Counted from the stretch's first letter, positions 42,065 through 51,951 are shown. The stretch: DNA of 64,000 nt from a candidate division WOR-3 bacterium (GCA_037443805.1 JBBINQ010000008.1:3075-67074), one strand, 5' to 3'. A program made the numbers and translations. Notes: a model not told the origin generated them from the letters alone.

Positions 42065-45000
42065 ATGAAATTTTTCATACCAATTAGCCTTGGTCTTTTG
42101 ATGTCGGGAATCTTAATTAATATTGCAGACTCCCGGCAGAACACAGATATATATCTCAATATTCCATTCGCCGATATGAAAGGTGAACTGGGCAGATGTG
42201 ATGTTGAGATTATGGAGCCGGATAATAATGTAATAGGTAGTATTTCTCGGTATATTTTTATCAATAATGATAATTACTCACTGAAATTGAATATTAAATT
42301 GAAAAAAGAGGTTGGTGATTACGACCTTTTACGCGTGCGTGTCCGTTTTAAAAAATATGAAAAAATCTATTCCCTTTTCCAGTTACAGGATAAGATGATT
42401 GTCAAAATTTTAGGTCAGGATAAATTTATCTCCGGGACACCAATCAATTATCGGATCATTGCAAAAAATCAACGCACTGATGAACCACTCTCTAATGCCA
42501 GGGTAAAGGTTATCTTATTGGCTAAAGACAACGAAAAGATAGTTTATGAAGGGGTTACAGACAATGCTGGCTCCTGTCAGACCAATTTTACCATTCCCGA
42601 GAACATTACCAGTGCCGAACTAAAGTTTATAATAGATTCTGAACTGGGCAAGGATGAGTATACTACAAGCATAAAGATTACAAGTGGAAATTTGACCTAT
42701 CTGGTCACAGACAAACCAATATACCAGCCAGGTCAGACAATTCATATAAGGACCCTGTCTTTACAAAAACCATCTTTGAAGCCCGTAAAGAATAATGATG
42801 TAATTTTTGAGGTTGAAGATGCAAAAGGCAACAAGGTCTTTAAAAAAATTATCAAAACCGATGAATTTGGTGTTGCCTATACGCCATTTTTGCTCGCAGA
42901 TGAAGTCAATTTTGGTAACTGGACAATCCGCGCCATACTGGATAATGAAAAATCAGAAAAGACCGTAAAGATAGAAAAATATGTCCTGCCCAAATTCAAG
43001 ATTGGCTTAAAGACTAATAAAGAGTTTTATCTACCAGGCGAGGTAATAGAAGGTGACTTAGATATCCAGTACTTTTTTGGTAAACCTGTTGCTGATGCAA
43101 AGGTAAAAATCGCAGTCTATAAATTTGATATTGGATTTAATCAGGAGGCTGTGCTTGAGAGTAAGACTGACAAAGATGGAAATTGTCATTTTACATATAA
43201 ATTACCAGACTATTTTGTTGGTGAACCATTAGAAAAGGGCGATGCATTTGTCCGACTTGATATTGAAGTGATAGATAAGGCAAATCACAGCGAAAAGATT
43301 TCCGCAACAAAAAAGGTAGTGCAGGATTTGATAAATATTGCAATTGTGCCAGAAGGGGGTGCGCTCAGACCGAATCTTGAAAATAGAATCTATGTAGTAG
43401 CAAATTATCCAGATGGTTCTCCCTGCCTGGCACAGGTGGAGATGGAGATTGATGGTGTCAGGCTTTCAGGCAAAACAGATGATTATGGTGTTGCAGAGTT
43501 TTTGTATACACCTAAAAAAGAACAGACAGAAATCCTGGTTAGAGCGACCGATAATAAAGGAGAGAGAGCAGAGGTAAAAAAAGATTTCAGTTTAAATTTA
43601 GACCAGGAACAGCTCATTATGCGTATGAAAAGGGGAATCTATAAAGTCGGAGACATCATTGACCTTGAATTTCTTACTACAAAAAATACGGGCAGGGTGT
43701 ATCTTGATATGATAAAAGATAACCAGACCGTGCTGACAAAATCTATTGATATAAAGAATGGCAGAGGGTCATACCAACTCCGTCTCAGTTCTGAACTTAC
43801 CGGCTCAATCTGGTTACATGCCTACATCGTTACCCAGGGTTCAGATATTATAAGGGATACAAGATTCTGTTATGTTCATGGTGCAGATGATTTAAAAATA
43901 GATGTCCAAACTGATAAGAAAGAATATTTACCCGGTGATGATGGTGAAATCGTATTTAAAATCACAGACAGAAAAGGCAAACCAAAGATTGCCGCCCTGT
44001 GCCTGGCAATAGTGGATGAGGCAGTATTTGCCGTAAGTGAGTTACAGCCAGGATTGGAAAAGGTCTACTTTACTCTGGAAAAAGAGATAATGACCCCGCG
44101 TTATGAAATCCATGGATTTGAACCAGCAAATATTGTAAAGAATCCTGTGATTGATGAACGGGCAGAGAATGTAATGTTCTCCACACTCCAGCCCAAAGAG
44201 CCATTTCCTGTGCATTACACAACACCAATAGAAATCGGCGAAAAGATTATCCAGGCATTCTATCCAATGCTTGCTAATCTACGCAATAAACTTTATACTG
44301 CAATAAATAAATATTATGACCGTTATAAAGAATATCCAAAGACCACGAATGCCCTTGAATTATTTATCAAAGAAGGATTAATAAAAGAGACTGACCTGCT
44401 CGACCCCTGGGCAAGAAAATACCGTGTTACCTGTGAAGATGAATACTTCAGTGATTTCGCCCTTGCTTCTGCTGGTCCAGACGGTATCTTTGATAATGAA
44501 GATGATTTAAGTGAATGGAGAGGATGGGGCGGAATGGGAAGGTTTGATGAAATGATGGTTGAAGAAAGGACGATTATGCCAATGGCTGCTCCTGCAAAAT
44601 CAGGTATTGGCAGGGACCAGGATAGAGAAATGCGCCTTGAAGGTCCTGAAGAACCAAGGGTGCGCGAATACTTTCCTGAGACATTTATTTTTGAACCCGC
44701 ACTAATAACCGATGCAAATGGCAGGGCAAAGATTTCTGTGACGATGCCTGATGCAATCACAACCTGGAGAATGACGATGTTTGCCTCTGCCCAGAATGGT
44801 GAACTCGGTTCTGGCTTATCTTCCATAAGAGTATTCCAGGATTTCTTTGTTGATATAGATTTACCAGTTGCCCTGACCCAGGGCGATGAAATATCAATTC
44901 CTGTTGCCTTGTATAATTATCTGCCCAGGCAACAGAAAATAAAGATTGTTTTAGAACACGGCGATTGGTTTGAGATTATGGATAAGGATGAAATAACAAA

Positions 45001-46756
45001 AACGCTAAATAAAGACGAAGTCTCTGTAGTATACTTTCCGATAAGGGTAAAGGAACTCGGCTACCATCCTATTACTGTGAAGGCATATGGTGAGGTAAAA
45101 TCAGATGCAATAAAGAGGAAGATTGCAGTATTGCCTGATGGCAAAAGATTTGAGACAATTATTTCGGACCGACTTGAAGGTAATGTAGTAAAGAAAGTAA
45201 GTTTTCCTGATAATGCAATTCCTGGTGCAAATTCGCTCATTCTTAAACTATATCCAGGTATCTATTCCCAGGTTGTTGAAGGACTGGACAAGATGTTAGG
45301 AATGCCTTTTGGCTGTTTTGAGCAGACCTCTTCAGTAACCTATCCCAATATTCTAATTCTCAATTATCTTCGTCAGACCGAGCAGATTAAACCTGAAACT
45401 GAGATGAAGGCAGAAGAGTATATCAGTATCGGTTATCAGCGACTCCTCTCATTTGAAGTCTCAGGTGGTGGGTTTTCCTGGTTTGGCGATGCACCGGCAA
45501 ATAAGGTTCTCACTGCCTATGGCTTAATGGAATTCAATGATATGGCAAAGGTATACAATATTGATGAGAGGCTAATAGAGCGGACTGCCCAATGGCTAAA
45601 AAATCAGCAGGAAAAGGATGGTTCCTGGGCACCGGATAAACAATATCTGCATGAAGAATCATGGGGTAGAATTCAGCACAGCGAGATTATGCCCACTGCA
45701 TATATTGTCTGGGCACTGGCAGAGATTGGACATAAAGATGGTGCAGCACAAAAGGGACTTGACTATTTGAAAAAGAATTGGACAAAGGTAAATGACCCAT
45801 ATATTCTCGCACTCATTGCCAATGCCTTTGTGGCAATGGAACCAAAAGCAGAAAACACAATTGAAGTTCTGCGTAAACTCGTGGATATGGCAAAAGAGGA
45901 CAATGGTGCTATTTACTGGGAATCAAATATACCATCAATAACCTTCAGCCGTGGAAAGGGTGCAGACATTGAGGCGAGCGGTCTCGCAACCTATGCCCTG
46001 GTAAAATCTGGCAAATTCTCTGATGCTACAACCAAGGCTCTCACATATTTGATACGCTCAAAGGATACATCAGGAATGTGGTACACGACCCAGGGAACAA
46101 TCATTGCATTGCGTGCCCTGGTTGCAGCACTGGGTGGAACTGCCGAAGATATTAATGCAACGGTAGTAGTAATCCATAATGGCAAAAAGGTAAATGAAAT
46201 AAAAATTGATAAGAATAATGCGGATGTGATGCAACAGATTGAACTTGATGAAAATCTAAAAAATGACAATACCGTAGAGATTCAACTCAAAGGCGAAGGA
46301 AATTTCCTTTATGAAATTACAAGCAGTTATTACATACCCTGGAAAGATTTACCAAAACCACCAATGCCGTTATTTGCTATTGATTTAAAATACGACCGCA
46401 AAACCCTTTCAATGAATGACCTTGTGAATGTAGATGTATCTATCAAACTGCTTAAGAGCGGAACTGCACAGATGGTGATGATTGACCTCGGTATTCCACC
46501 GGGATTTGAAGTGCAGACACCGACTCTTGATGAATATGTGAGCAAGAAGATTATCCAGAAATACAGTCTTACTCCGCGCCAGATAATTGTATATATTGAA
46601 TCAATCTCATTAAACAAACCGATTGAAATTACCTATAGTCTCAAGGCAAAGTATCCAGTGCGGGCAAAGGTTATGTCCTCACGCGTTTATGAATACTACA
46701 ATACTGACAAAGAAGCAATTGCAGAACCATTTGAGATTAAGGTGACAAAGGAATAA
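42065..46756 (+). CDS. Alpha-2-macroglobulin family protein
   Basis: 1563 aa; signal peptide; MG domains; thioester-type CxEQ (FGCFEQTSS); A2M receptor-binding-like C-terminus. Confidence 0.85.
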   Translation: MKFFIPISLGLLMSGILINIADSRQNTDIYLNIPFADMKGELGRCDVEIMEPDNNVIGSISRYIFINNDNYSLKLNIKLKKEVGDYDLLRVRVRFKKYEKIYSLFQLQDKMIVKILGQDKFISGTPINYRIIAKNQRTDEPLSNARVKVILLAKDNEKIVYEGVTDNAGSCQTNFTIPENITSAELKFIIDSELGKDEYTTSIKITSGNLTYLVTDKPIYQPGQTIHIRTLSLQKPSLKPVKNNDVIFEVEDAKGNKVFKKIIKTDEFGVAYTPFLLADEVNFGNWTIRAILDNEKSEKTVKIEKYVLPKFKIGLKTNKEFYLPGEVIEGDLDIQYFFGKPVADAKVKIAVYKFDIGFNQEAVLESKTDKDGNCHFTYKLPDYFVGEPLEKGDAFVRLDIEVIDKANHSEKISATKKVVQDLINIAIVPEGGALRPNLENRIYVVANYPDGSPCLAQVEMEIDGVRLSGKTDDYGVAEFLYTPKKEQTEILVRATDNKGERAEVKKDFSLNLDQEQLIMRMKRGIYKVGDIIDLEFLTTKNTGRVYLDMIKDNQTVLTKSIDIKNGRGSYQLRLSSELTGSIWLHAYIVTQGSDIIRDTRFCYVHGADDLKIDVQTDKKEYLPGDDGEIVFKITDRKGKPKIAALCLAIVDEAVFAVSELQPGLEKVYFTLEKEIMTPRYEIHGFEPANIVKNPVIDERAENVMFSTLQPKEPFPVHYTTPIEIGEKIIQAFYPMLANLRNKLYTAINKYYDRYKEYPKTTNALELFIKEGLIKETDLLDPWARKYRVTCEDEYFSDFALASAGPDGIFDNEDDLSEWRGWGGMGRFDEMMVEERTIMPMAAPAKSGIGRDQDREMRLEGPEEPRVREYFPETFIFEPALITDANGRAKISVTMPDAITTWRMTMFASAQNGELGSGLSSIRVFQDFFVDIDLPVALTQGDEISIPVALYNYLPRQQKIKIVLEHGDWFEIMDKDEITKTLNKDEVSVVYFPIRVKELGYHPITVKAYGEVKSDAIKRKIAVLPDGKRFETIISDRLEGNVVKKVSFPDNAIPGANSLILKLYPGIYSQVVEGLDKMLGMPFGCFEQTSSVTYPNILILNYLRQTEQIKPETEMKAEEYISIGYQRLLSFEVSGGGFSWFGDAPANKVLTAYGLMEFNDMAKVYNIDERLIERTAQWLKNQQEKDGSWAPDKQYLHEESWGRIQHSEIMPTAYIVWALAEIGHKDGAAQKGLDYLKKNWTKVNDPYILALIANAFVAMEPKAENTIEVLRKLVDMAKEDNGAIYWESNIPSITFSRGKGADIEASGLATYALVKSGKFSDATTKALTYLIRSKDTSGMWYTTQGTIIALRALVAALGGTAEDINATVVVIHNGKKVNEIKIDKNNADVMQQIELDENLKNDNTVEIQLKGEGNFLYEITSSYYIPWKDLPKPPMPLFAIDLKYDRKTLSMNDLVNVDVSIKLLKSGTAQMVMIDLGIPPGFEVQTPTLDEYVSKKIIQKYSLTPRQIIVYIESISLNKPIEITYSLKAKYPVRAKVMSSRVYEYYNTDKEAIAEPFEIKVTKE

Positions 46757-46795
46757 TAAGAAAATTCATTCTGTTAATTTTCTTTCTTTATACGG

Positions 46796-46843
46796 CTGGA
46801 GTAAGGAGTATGTAGTATGTAGTTTGTATCCAGTATCATTTCC
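46796..46843. repeat. Heptad minisatellite copy A (AGTAAGG AGTATGT AGTATGT AGTTTGT ATCCAGT ATC...)
   Basis: 7-nt period; the same ordered degeneration as copies B and C. Confidence 0.7.
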
Positions 46844-46860
46844 TGAGTCCTCCCCACTTT

Positions 46861-46887
46861 TTCCTCCCCCTTAATGGGGGAGGATTA
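46861..46887. repeat. Palindromic element TTCCTCCCCC-TTAAT-GGGGGAGGATTA (copy 2)
   Basis: 8-bp stem; near-identical to 5114-5140. Confidence 0.7.
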
Positions 46888-46987
46888 AGGTGGGGGTGTT
46901 GCACATTGTGTCTACTAAAGTTTCTATTCCATTTTCACATATGTTAGGAATAGAGGCTTTAGCCTCGTTAAATCCTTCATAAGCATA

Positions 46988-47067
46988 TTCCAGTGCATGG
47001 CACTAACTTCCAGACGAAGTCTCACTTCCAGTGCTTCGCACTCCTTTCCAGTTCCGCAGGAACTCAC
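46988..47067. repeat. Array of four tandem ~20-nt units, each TTCCAG followed by a short hairpin with a different stem sequence
   Basis: Units begin at 46988, 47008, 47026 and 47046; stems AGTGC/GCACT, AGAC/GTCT, AGTGC/GCACT, AGTTCC/GGAACT with 3-nt loops. Confidence 0.6.
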
Positions 47068-47069
47068 AT

Positions 47070-47100
47070 CTTTATCCAGTATCGAGTATCAAGCATCATT
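47070..47100. repeat. Heptad minisatellite tail copy A2 (ATCCAGT ATCGAGT ATCAAGC ATCATTC) abutting the promoter
   Basis: Same ATCMAGT heptads as the 3' part of copies B and C. Confidence 0.6.
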
Positions 47101-47104
47101 CCCT

Positions 47105-47132
47105 ATTGACAAAGTTCAATATATATATAGAA
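47105..47132 (+). promoter_or_regulatory. sigma70-like promoter (TTGACA-16-TAGAAT) for the 47154 ORF
   Basis: TTGACA 47105-47110; AGGAGG RBS before ATG 47154. Confidence 0.45.
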
Positions 47133-47153
47133 TATTATATATAGGAGGTTGCT

Positions 47154-47354
47154 ATGGCGAATGAGAAGACCAATGAATCATTGTTTGCAAATATGGATGA
47201 AGCAGCACAGAAGGCAAAAGAAGAATTTGACCAGATGCCTGAGGATGTGAAAAAAACTTTTGCTGTCTGGATGAGAAAATGGTATCTTAAAGCAGGTTAT
47301 CGCAGATTAGGAAGGATTGCGGTTTCCTATGCAAAATCTTTGCAAAAAACATAG
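47154..47354 (+). CDS. Hypothetical small protein
   Basis: 66 aa; strong RBS AGGAGG; no recognisable domain. Confidence 0.45.
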   Translation: MANEKTNESLFANMDEAAQKAKEEFDQMPEDVKKTFAVWMRKWYLKAGYRRLGRIAVSYAKSLQKT

Positions 47355-47387
47355 TTAAATCATTGCGCGAGATAAACAGGGGGCAGA

Positions 47388-47939
47388 ATGATATTTGATG
47401 ATATGGAAGATACTGAAAAAGGACCATTTTGTAAGCCTTTTGGACAGTTATTCTATGATAATCTTGAAAAGATGCCCTCATTTCAAATTGTTGAAGCCTA
47501 CCTTGCCTGCCTCTTAGATGCACAGGACAAAATTCAGAAAGCAATCAATATTCTTGAAGGTGCCTTAAAAAAAGGGACTGAGAGGTTAAAACAGATAGAT
47601 AATCCAGCAGAACTCCAGTTCTTTTTTGGCAAGATTACTGGAGCGCGGGGTGAAATTGAAAAGGAGATTGAGCGACTCTCCCATCATCGCAGGGAACTTG
47701 AACATTTAATCTCAGAATATTCTGAAAAAGGATTGTTCAATGTGCCATTAAAAGATTTTATGATTACCTTTGATGCTGAGTATCCAATAAAGGTTGAAAA
47801 GAAACACATTGATAGTGATGAGTGTTATATCACTGAAATAAAGGCTCCAGACCTGGTGGGTTGTGCTGGTTTTGAACATTTAAATAGAGTAATGACCGGT
47901 TATATCTTAAAAAAGCTCCTTGCAAAAAAGGAAGGATGA
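47388..47939 (+). CDS. Hypothetical protein
   Basis: 183 aa; coding-like composition; no recognisable domain. Confidence 0.5.
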   Translation: MIFDDMEDTEKGPFCKPFGQLFYDNLEKMPSFQIVEAYLACLLDAQDKIQKAINILEGALKKGTERLKQIDNPAELQFFFGKITGARGEIEKEIERLSHHRRELEHLISEYSEKGLFNVPLKDFMITFDAEYPIKVEKKHIDSDECYITEIKAPDLVGCAGFEHLNRVMTGYILKKLLAKKEG

Positions 47940-47940
47940 G

Positions 47941-48060
47941 AGGAATAGGAGGAAGGAGTAGGGAGTAGGTAGTAGGGAGTAGGTAGTATGTAGTAAGTAG
48001 TAGGTAGTAAGTAGTATGTAGTTTGTATCAAGAATCAAGTATCGAGTATCCGGCATCCAG
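47941..48060. repeat. Heptad minisatellite copy B (AGTAGGT AGTAGGG AGTAGGT AGTATGT AGTAAGT ... AGTTTGT ATCAAGA ATCAAGT ATCGAGT ATCCGGC ATCCAGT)
   Basis: About 17 consecutive 7-nt units; + strand C-free for ~90-115 nt. Confidence 0.8.
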
Positions 48061-48061
48061 T

Positions 48062-48101
48062 TTACATAATTCCACTTACGATTACATAATTCCACTTACG
48101 A
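48062..48101. repeat. Perfect tandem duplication of 20-bp unit TTACATAATTCCACTTACGA; second copy ends in palindrome CCACTT-ACG-AAGTGG
   Basis: 48062-48081 is identical to 48082-48101. Confidence 0.85.
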
Positions 48102-48142
48102 AGTGGGAAAGAAGGTATTCTATTCTTATTGCTATGGTATAT

Positions 48143-48170
48143 TGACATTGGGGGAAATCTGAATATAATT
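48143..48170 (+). promoter_or_regulatory. sigma70-like promoter (TTGACA-16-TATAAT) for secG
   Basis: TTGACA 48143-48148, TATAAT 48165-48170; AAGGAG RBS at 48189. Confidence 0.55.
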
Positions 48171-48199
48171 GGTTCAGAAATTAATTTAAGGAGATATAA

Positions 48200-48544
48200 A
48201 TGTACGGAATAATCTTTGCTTTACATGTGCTTATTTGCGTTCTATTGATTATTGTAGTCCTGCTCCAGCAGACCAGAGGTGCGGGTATGTCCAGTGTCTT
48301 TGGTGGTGGTGGAGGTAGTGATTCATTATTTGGTGGTAAGGGCGCTACGCCTTTCTTTATAAAACTCACTTCAGGACTGGCGATCGGTTTCTTCCTTACC
48401 TCTTTGTTTCTGGTCCTCCTATCCCGAAGACCAATGCCAAAGAGCGCTGTGGAAAGAGGACTTGAAACAGAAGTGCCTGCACCGATTAGCCCTGTGCCTG
48501 AAGGGCAGGCGCCAGTAATTCCTGAAGAACCAGGGAGTAAATAA
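48200..48544 (+). CDS. secG: Preprotein translocase subunit SecG
   Basis: Two TM helices flanking a Gly-rich loop (FGGGGGSDSLFGGKG). Confidence 0.8.
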   Translation: MYGIIFALHVLICVLLIIVVLLQQTRGAGMSSVFGGGGGSDSLFGGKGATPFFIKLTSGLAIGFFLTSLFLVLLSRRPMPKSAVERGLETEVPAPISPVPEGQAPVIPEEPGSK

Positions 48545-48858
48545 TGTTTGCGGTAATTAGAACCAATAATCACCAATATGTAGTATCAAAGGGTGAAAAG
48601 ATAATTGTTCCAGCAATTCTCGGCGAATCAGGAAAGGAAGTTGAATTTAACAAGGTTTTGATGATAAAGGATGAAAATAATGTGCTGGTGGGAAAACCTT
48701 TTATTGAAGGTGCTTCAGTTAAAGGTGTGATAAAAAAGACTGGTAAGATGCCCAAGGTGATCGTCTTTAAATTTATTCGGCGTGAGAATTATCGTCGTAA
48801 AAAAGGGCATCGCCAGTCATTTACAGAAGTGGAAATCACTGAGATTACCAAAAAATGA
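48544..48858 (+). CDS. rplU: 50S ribosomal protein L21
   Basis: MFAVIRTNNHQYVVSKGEKI... canonical L21. Confidence 0.93.
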   Translation: MFAVIRTNNHQYVVSKGEKIIVPAILGESGKEVEFNKVLMIKDENNVLVGKPFIEGASVKGVIKKTGKMPKVIVFKFIRRENYRRKKGHRQSFTEVEITEITKK

Positions 48859-48879
48859 GATATAAAAACAGGAGGTAGC

Positions 48880-49140
48880 ATGGCACACAAAAAAGGAACT
48901 GGTTCAGCAAAGAATGGACGGGATTCAGAAGGCAAAAGGCTCGGTGTGAAAAGGTTTGACGGACAGGTTGTCAATACAGGCACAATAATTATCAGACAGC
49001 GTGGCACACGTATCCATCCTGGTATGAATACTGGTATGGGTAAGGATTATACAATTTATGCCCTTGCCCGTGGTCAGGTGAAGTTTGGCTGGACAAAGGG
49101 TGGTAAAAGGACTGTTTCTGTAATCCCTTCAAATAATTGA
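48880..49140 (+). CDS. rpmA: 50S ribosomal protein L27
   Basis: [29 protein letters not shown]... canonical L27. Confidence 0.95.
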   Translation: MAHKKGTGSAKNGRDSEGKRLGVKRFDGQVVNTGTIIIRQRGTRIHPGMNTGMGKDYTIYALARGQVKFGWTKGGKRTVSVIPSNN

Positions 49141-49195
49141 GGTTATTTACTACATCTTTTTTCCATATTTATATTCTTCTCCCCTATCCCTTATA

Positions 49196-49223
49196 TTGAC
49201 TTTTTCTAAACTTTATTTATAAT
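49196..49223 (+). promoter_or_regulatory. sigma70-like promoter (TTGACT-16-TATAAT) 5 nt upstream of the metG ATG (leaderless)
   Basis: TTGACT 49196-49201, TATAAT 49218-49223, ATG 49229. Confidence 0.5.
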
Positions 49224-49228
49224 TGTTT

Positions 49229-51199
49229 ATGAAGATACTTGTAACGAGTGCATTGCCTTATGCCAATGGCGATATTCACTTAGGACATCTTGCTGGTGCA
49301 TATCTGCCAGCAGATATCTATGTGCGTTATCAGCGGCTCAAAGGCAGGGATGTAATACATATCTGTGGCACAGATGAACATGGTGTGCCCATAACTGTTC
49401 TTGCAGACCAGCAGAAAAAGACGCCGCAGGAAATTGTAGATTATTATTATGAATCTATAAAAAAATCGTTTATTGATTTTGGTATAAGCTTTGATAATTT
49501 TTCCCGCACAACAAGACCATTGCACTATCGTCTTGCCCAGGATTTCTTTCTGCAGATATATAATAAAGGTCTTATATATGTAAAAGAGACCGAACAATTT
49601 TATTGTCCCAAATGTGCAAGGTTTTTACCTGACCGTTATGTGGTTGGTAAATGTCCGCGCTGTGGTATTGATGGTGCAAAAGGTGACCAGTGTGAATCCT
49701 GTGGTAGATGGCTTGAACCGTTCCAGTTGATTGAACCAAGATGTTTGGTCTGTGGTGAAAAACCAGTAAGGCAGAAGACCAAACACTGGTATTTTAAACT
49801 TTCCCAGTTTCAAAAGCAACTCAGTGAGTGGATTGAGACAAAGAAAAACTGGCGCGAGACAGTTCTCACCTTTGTAAAAGGATGGCTCAAAGAAGGGCTT
49901 GAAGACCGCCCCATAACCAGGGATATGGCATGGGGTGTGCCTGTGCCCCTTGATGAAGCAAAGGGAAAGGTATTGTATGTATGGTTTGATGCACCGATCG
50001 GCTATATCTCATCAACTATGGAATGGGCAATAAATAAAGGTGAACCTGACCTGTGGAAGGAATACTGGCTAAATCCAGACACAAAGTTAGTCCATTTTAT
50101 TGGCAAAGACAATATTGTATTTCACGCCCTTATCTGGCCAGCAATGCTGACGGCTTATGGTAATTATGTCCTGCCCGCTGAGATTCCCGCAAATCAGTTT
50201 TTGAACTTAGAAGGTGAAAAACTTTCTACTTCCCGTGGCTATGCGATATGGCTTCCTGAATATCTCAAAGAATTTCCTGCTGATTCTTTGAGGTATGCCC
50301 TTACGCGCAATCTTCCGGAGACAAGAGACTCAGATTTTACCTGGCGTGATTTTCAAGCCTGGCATAATAATGAACTGGCAGATATCCTTGGCAATTATAT
50401 CAATCGCACATTAACCTTTATTGAAAAGTATTATAATTCAAATGTTCCATCTGCCTCTGCATTTACGGAAAATGAAAATAGAATTCTTGATATACTACAC
50501 AATGCGCCTAAGATAATCGGTGAAAAGATTGAAAATTTTGAATTTAAAAGCGCACTCCAGGAAGTGATGAAGATTGCCCAGGAAGGAAATAAATATTTTG
50601 ATAAAGAAGCACCCTGGATTGCAAGAAAGACCAGTCCTTTGATCTGCGAACGGACAATGTATATCTGTATGAAGATGGTAACTGCACTTGCAGTATTAAT
50701 GGAACCATTCTTACCTTTTACTGCCCAGAAATTGAAAAAGATGATAAATTTTCAGGAACAAACCTGGGACAATATTGGCACGCCCATTGTTCCGCAAACC
50801 ATAAATAAGGCTGAAATTCTTTTCAAAAAATTTGAGGATGAGGTTATTGAAGTCCAGATTGCAAAGTTAAAACAGAAAGAGATAAGTATTGAGGATTTTA
50901 ATAAAATTGAATTACGCACAGCAAAGATTCTTTCAGCACAGATGGTTCAAGGAAGCAATCATCTGGTGGTCTGTGAGATTGAAGTAGGCGAGATAAAGAA
51001 ACAGATTGTAGCAGGCATTGGTAAACAATACAGACCAGAAGAACTTGTAGGAAAGACAATCATTATTGTAAATAATTTAAAACCCGTTTCGTTAAAGGGC
51101 GTATTGTCCCAGGGAATGCTTTTGGCAGCACAGGATAAGAATGGGCTTGTGCTTTTAACCACTGATAAACCCATCTCATCAGGTGCAGTTGTGAAGTGA
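49229..51199 (+). CDS. metG: Methionyl-tRNA synthetase
   Basis: HLGH (LGHLAG), KMSKS-type LSTSRG, zinc knuckles CPxC...CxxC, C-terminal tRNA-binding domain. The track start is TTG at 49223; ATG at 49229 preferred. Confidence 0.93.
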   Translation: MKILVTSALPYANGDIHLGHLAGAYLPADIYVRYQRLKGRDVIHICGTDEHGVPITVLADQQKKTPQEIVDYYYESIKKSFIDFGISFDNFSRTTRPLHYRLAQDFFLQIYNKGLIYVKETEQFYCPKCARFLPDRYVVGKCPRCGIDGAKGDQCESCGRWLEPFQLIEPRCLVCGEKPVRQKTKHWYFKLSQFQKQLSEWIETKKNWRETVLTFVKGWLKEGLEDRPITRDMAWGVPVPLDEAKGKVLYVWFDAPIGYISSTMEWAINKGEPDLWKEYWLNPDTKLVHFIGKDNIVFHALIWPAMLTAYGNYVLPAEIPANQFLNLEGEKLSTSRGYAIWLPEYLKEFPADSLRYALTRNLPETRDSDFTWRDFQAWHNNELADILGNYINRTLTFIEKYYNSNVPSASAFTENENRILDILHNAPKIIGEKIENFEFKSALQEVMKIAQEGNKYFDKEAPWIARKTSPLICERTMYICMKMVTALAVLMEPFLPFTAQKLKKMINFQEQTWDNIGTPIVPQTINKAEILFKKFEDEVIEVQIAKLKQKEISIEDFNKIELRTAKILSAQMVQGSNHLVVCEIEVGEIKKQIVAGIGKQYRPEELVGKTIIIVNNLKPVSLKGVLSQGMLLAAQDKNGLVLLTTDKPISSGAVVK

Positions 51200-51951
51200 T
51201 TGATACCCATTGCCATCTAATTGACCCCCAGTTTAATAAGGACTTAGAAGAAGTAATCAAGCGTGCCTGGTCTGCAGGAATAAAATATATTATCAATGTT
51301 GGTTATGACAGAGAGACCAGTATCCGGGCATTGAGAATGAATGAAAAATATGACTGGATTCTACCCGCAGTTGGAATCCATCCTAATGAGAGTGCAGATG
51401 AGTCAGTTGCACAGATGGCAGAGATTGATGCACTATGCGATAATAAAAAAGTCGTTGCGATTGGTGAAACCGGCTTGGATTTTTATCGCCATTATTACCC
51501 CAAAGAAGCACAGCAAGCACTCTTTGAAAAGCATATCAATATTGCCCGTAAATACAATCTGCCATTAATCATCCATACAAGGATGTCCATTGATGAGGCA
51601 ATAAAAATTTTAGTTAAAGAAAATTATCACAAAGGACTATTCCACTGCTTTAGTGGAACCATTGAACAGGCAAAAAAGGTTATGGATCTTGGATACTATT
51701 TGGGATTCGGTGGAGTCTTAACATTTTCCAAGAATATGCGTGAGGTCTTTCAATATGTGCCACTTGATTTTATAGTGTTTGAAACAGATGCACCATTCCT
51801 TGCACCAGCCAACCACCGTGGACATAGAAATGAACCTGTTTTTATTTTTGAAACCCTGAATGTAGCAGCATCAATAAAAAGCTTGAGTGCGGATGAAGTT
51901 GAGACAATTACAGATAAGAATGCCCGTAAACTTTTTAGTTTGAAAGAATAA
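51196..51951 (+). CDS. tatD: TatD-family metal-dependent hydrolase
   Basis: GTG start; IDTHCHL, GETGLDF, HCFSG motifs. Confidence 0.88.
   Translation: MIDTHCHLIDPQFNKDLEEVIKRAWSAGIKYIINVGYDRETSIRALRMNEKYDWILPAVGIHPNESADESVAQMAEIDALCDNKKVVAIGETGLDFYRHYYPKEAQQALFEKHINIARKYNLPLIIHTRMSIDEAIKILVKENYHKGLFHCFSGTIEQAKKVMDLGYYLGFGGVLTFSKNMREVFQYVPLDFIVFETDAPFLAPANHRGHRNEPVFIFETLNVAASIKSLSADEVETITDKNARKLFSLKE

Noticed and set aside
46796-48060. Possibility that the GTAG-rich repeats are a CRISPR array
   Set aside because: No constant direct repeat separated by unique spacers. The units are 7 nt and degenerate progressively, and no cas genes are present.
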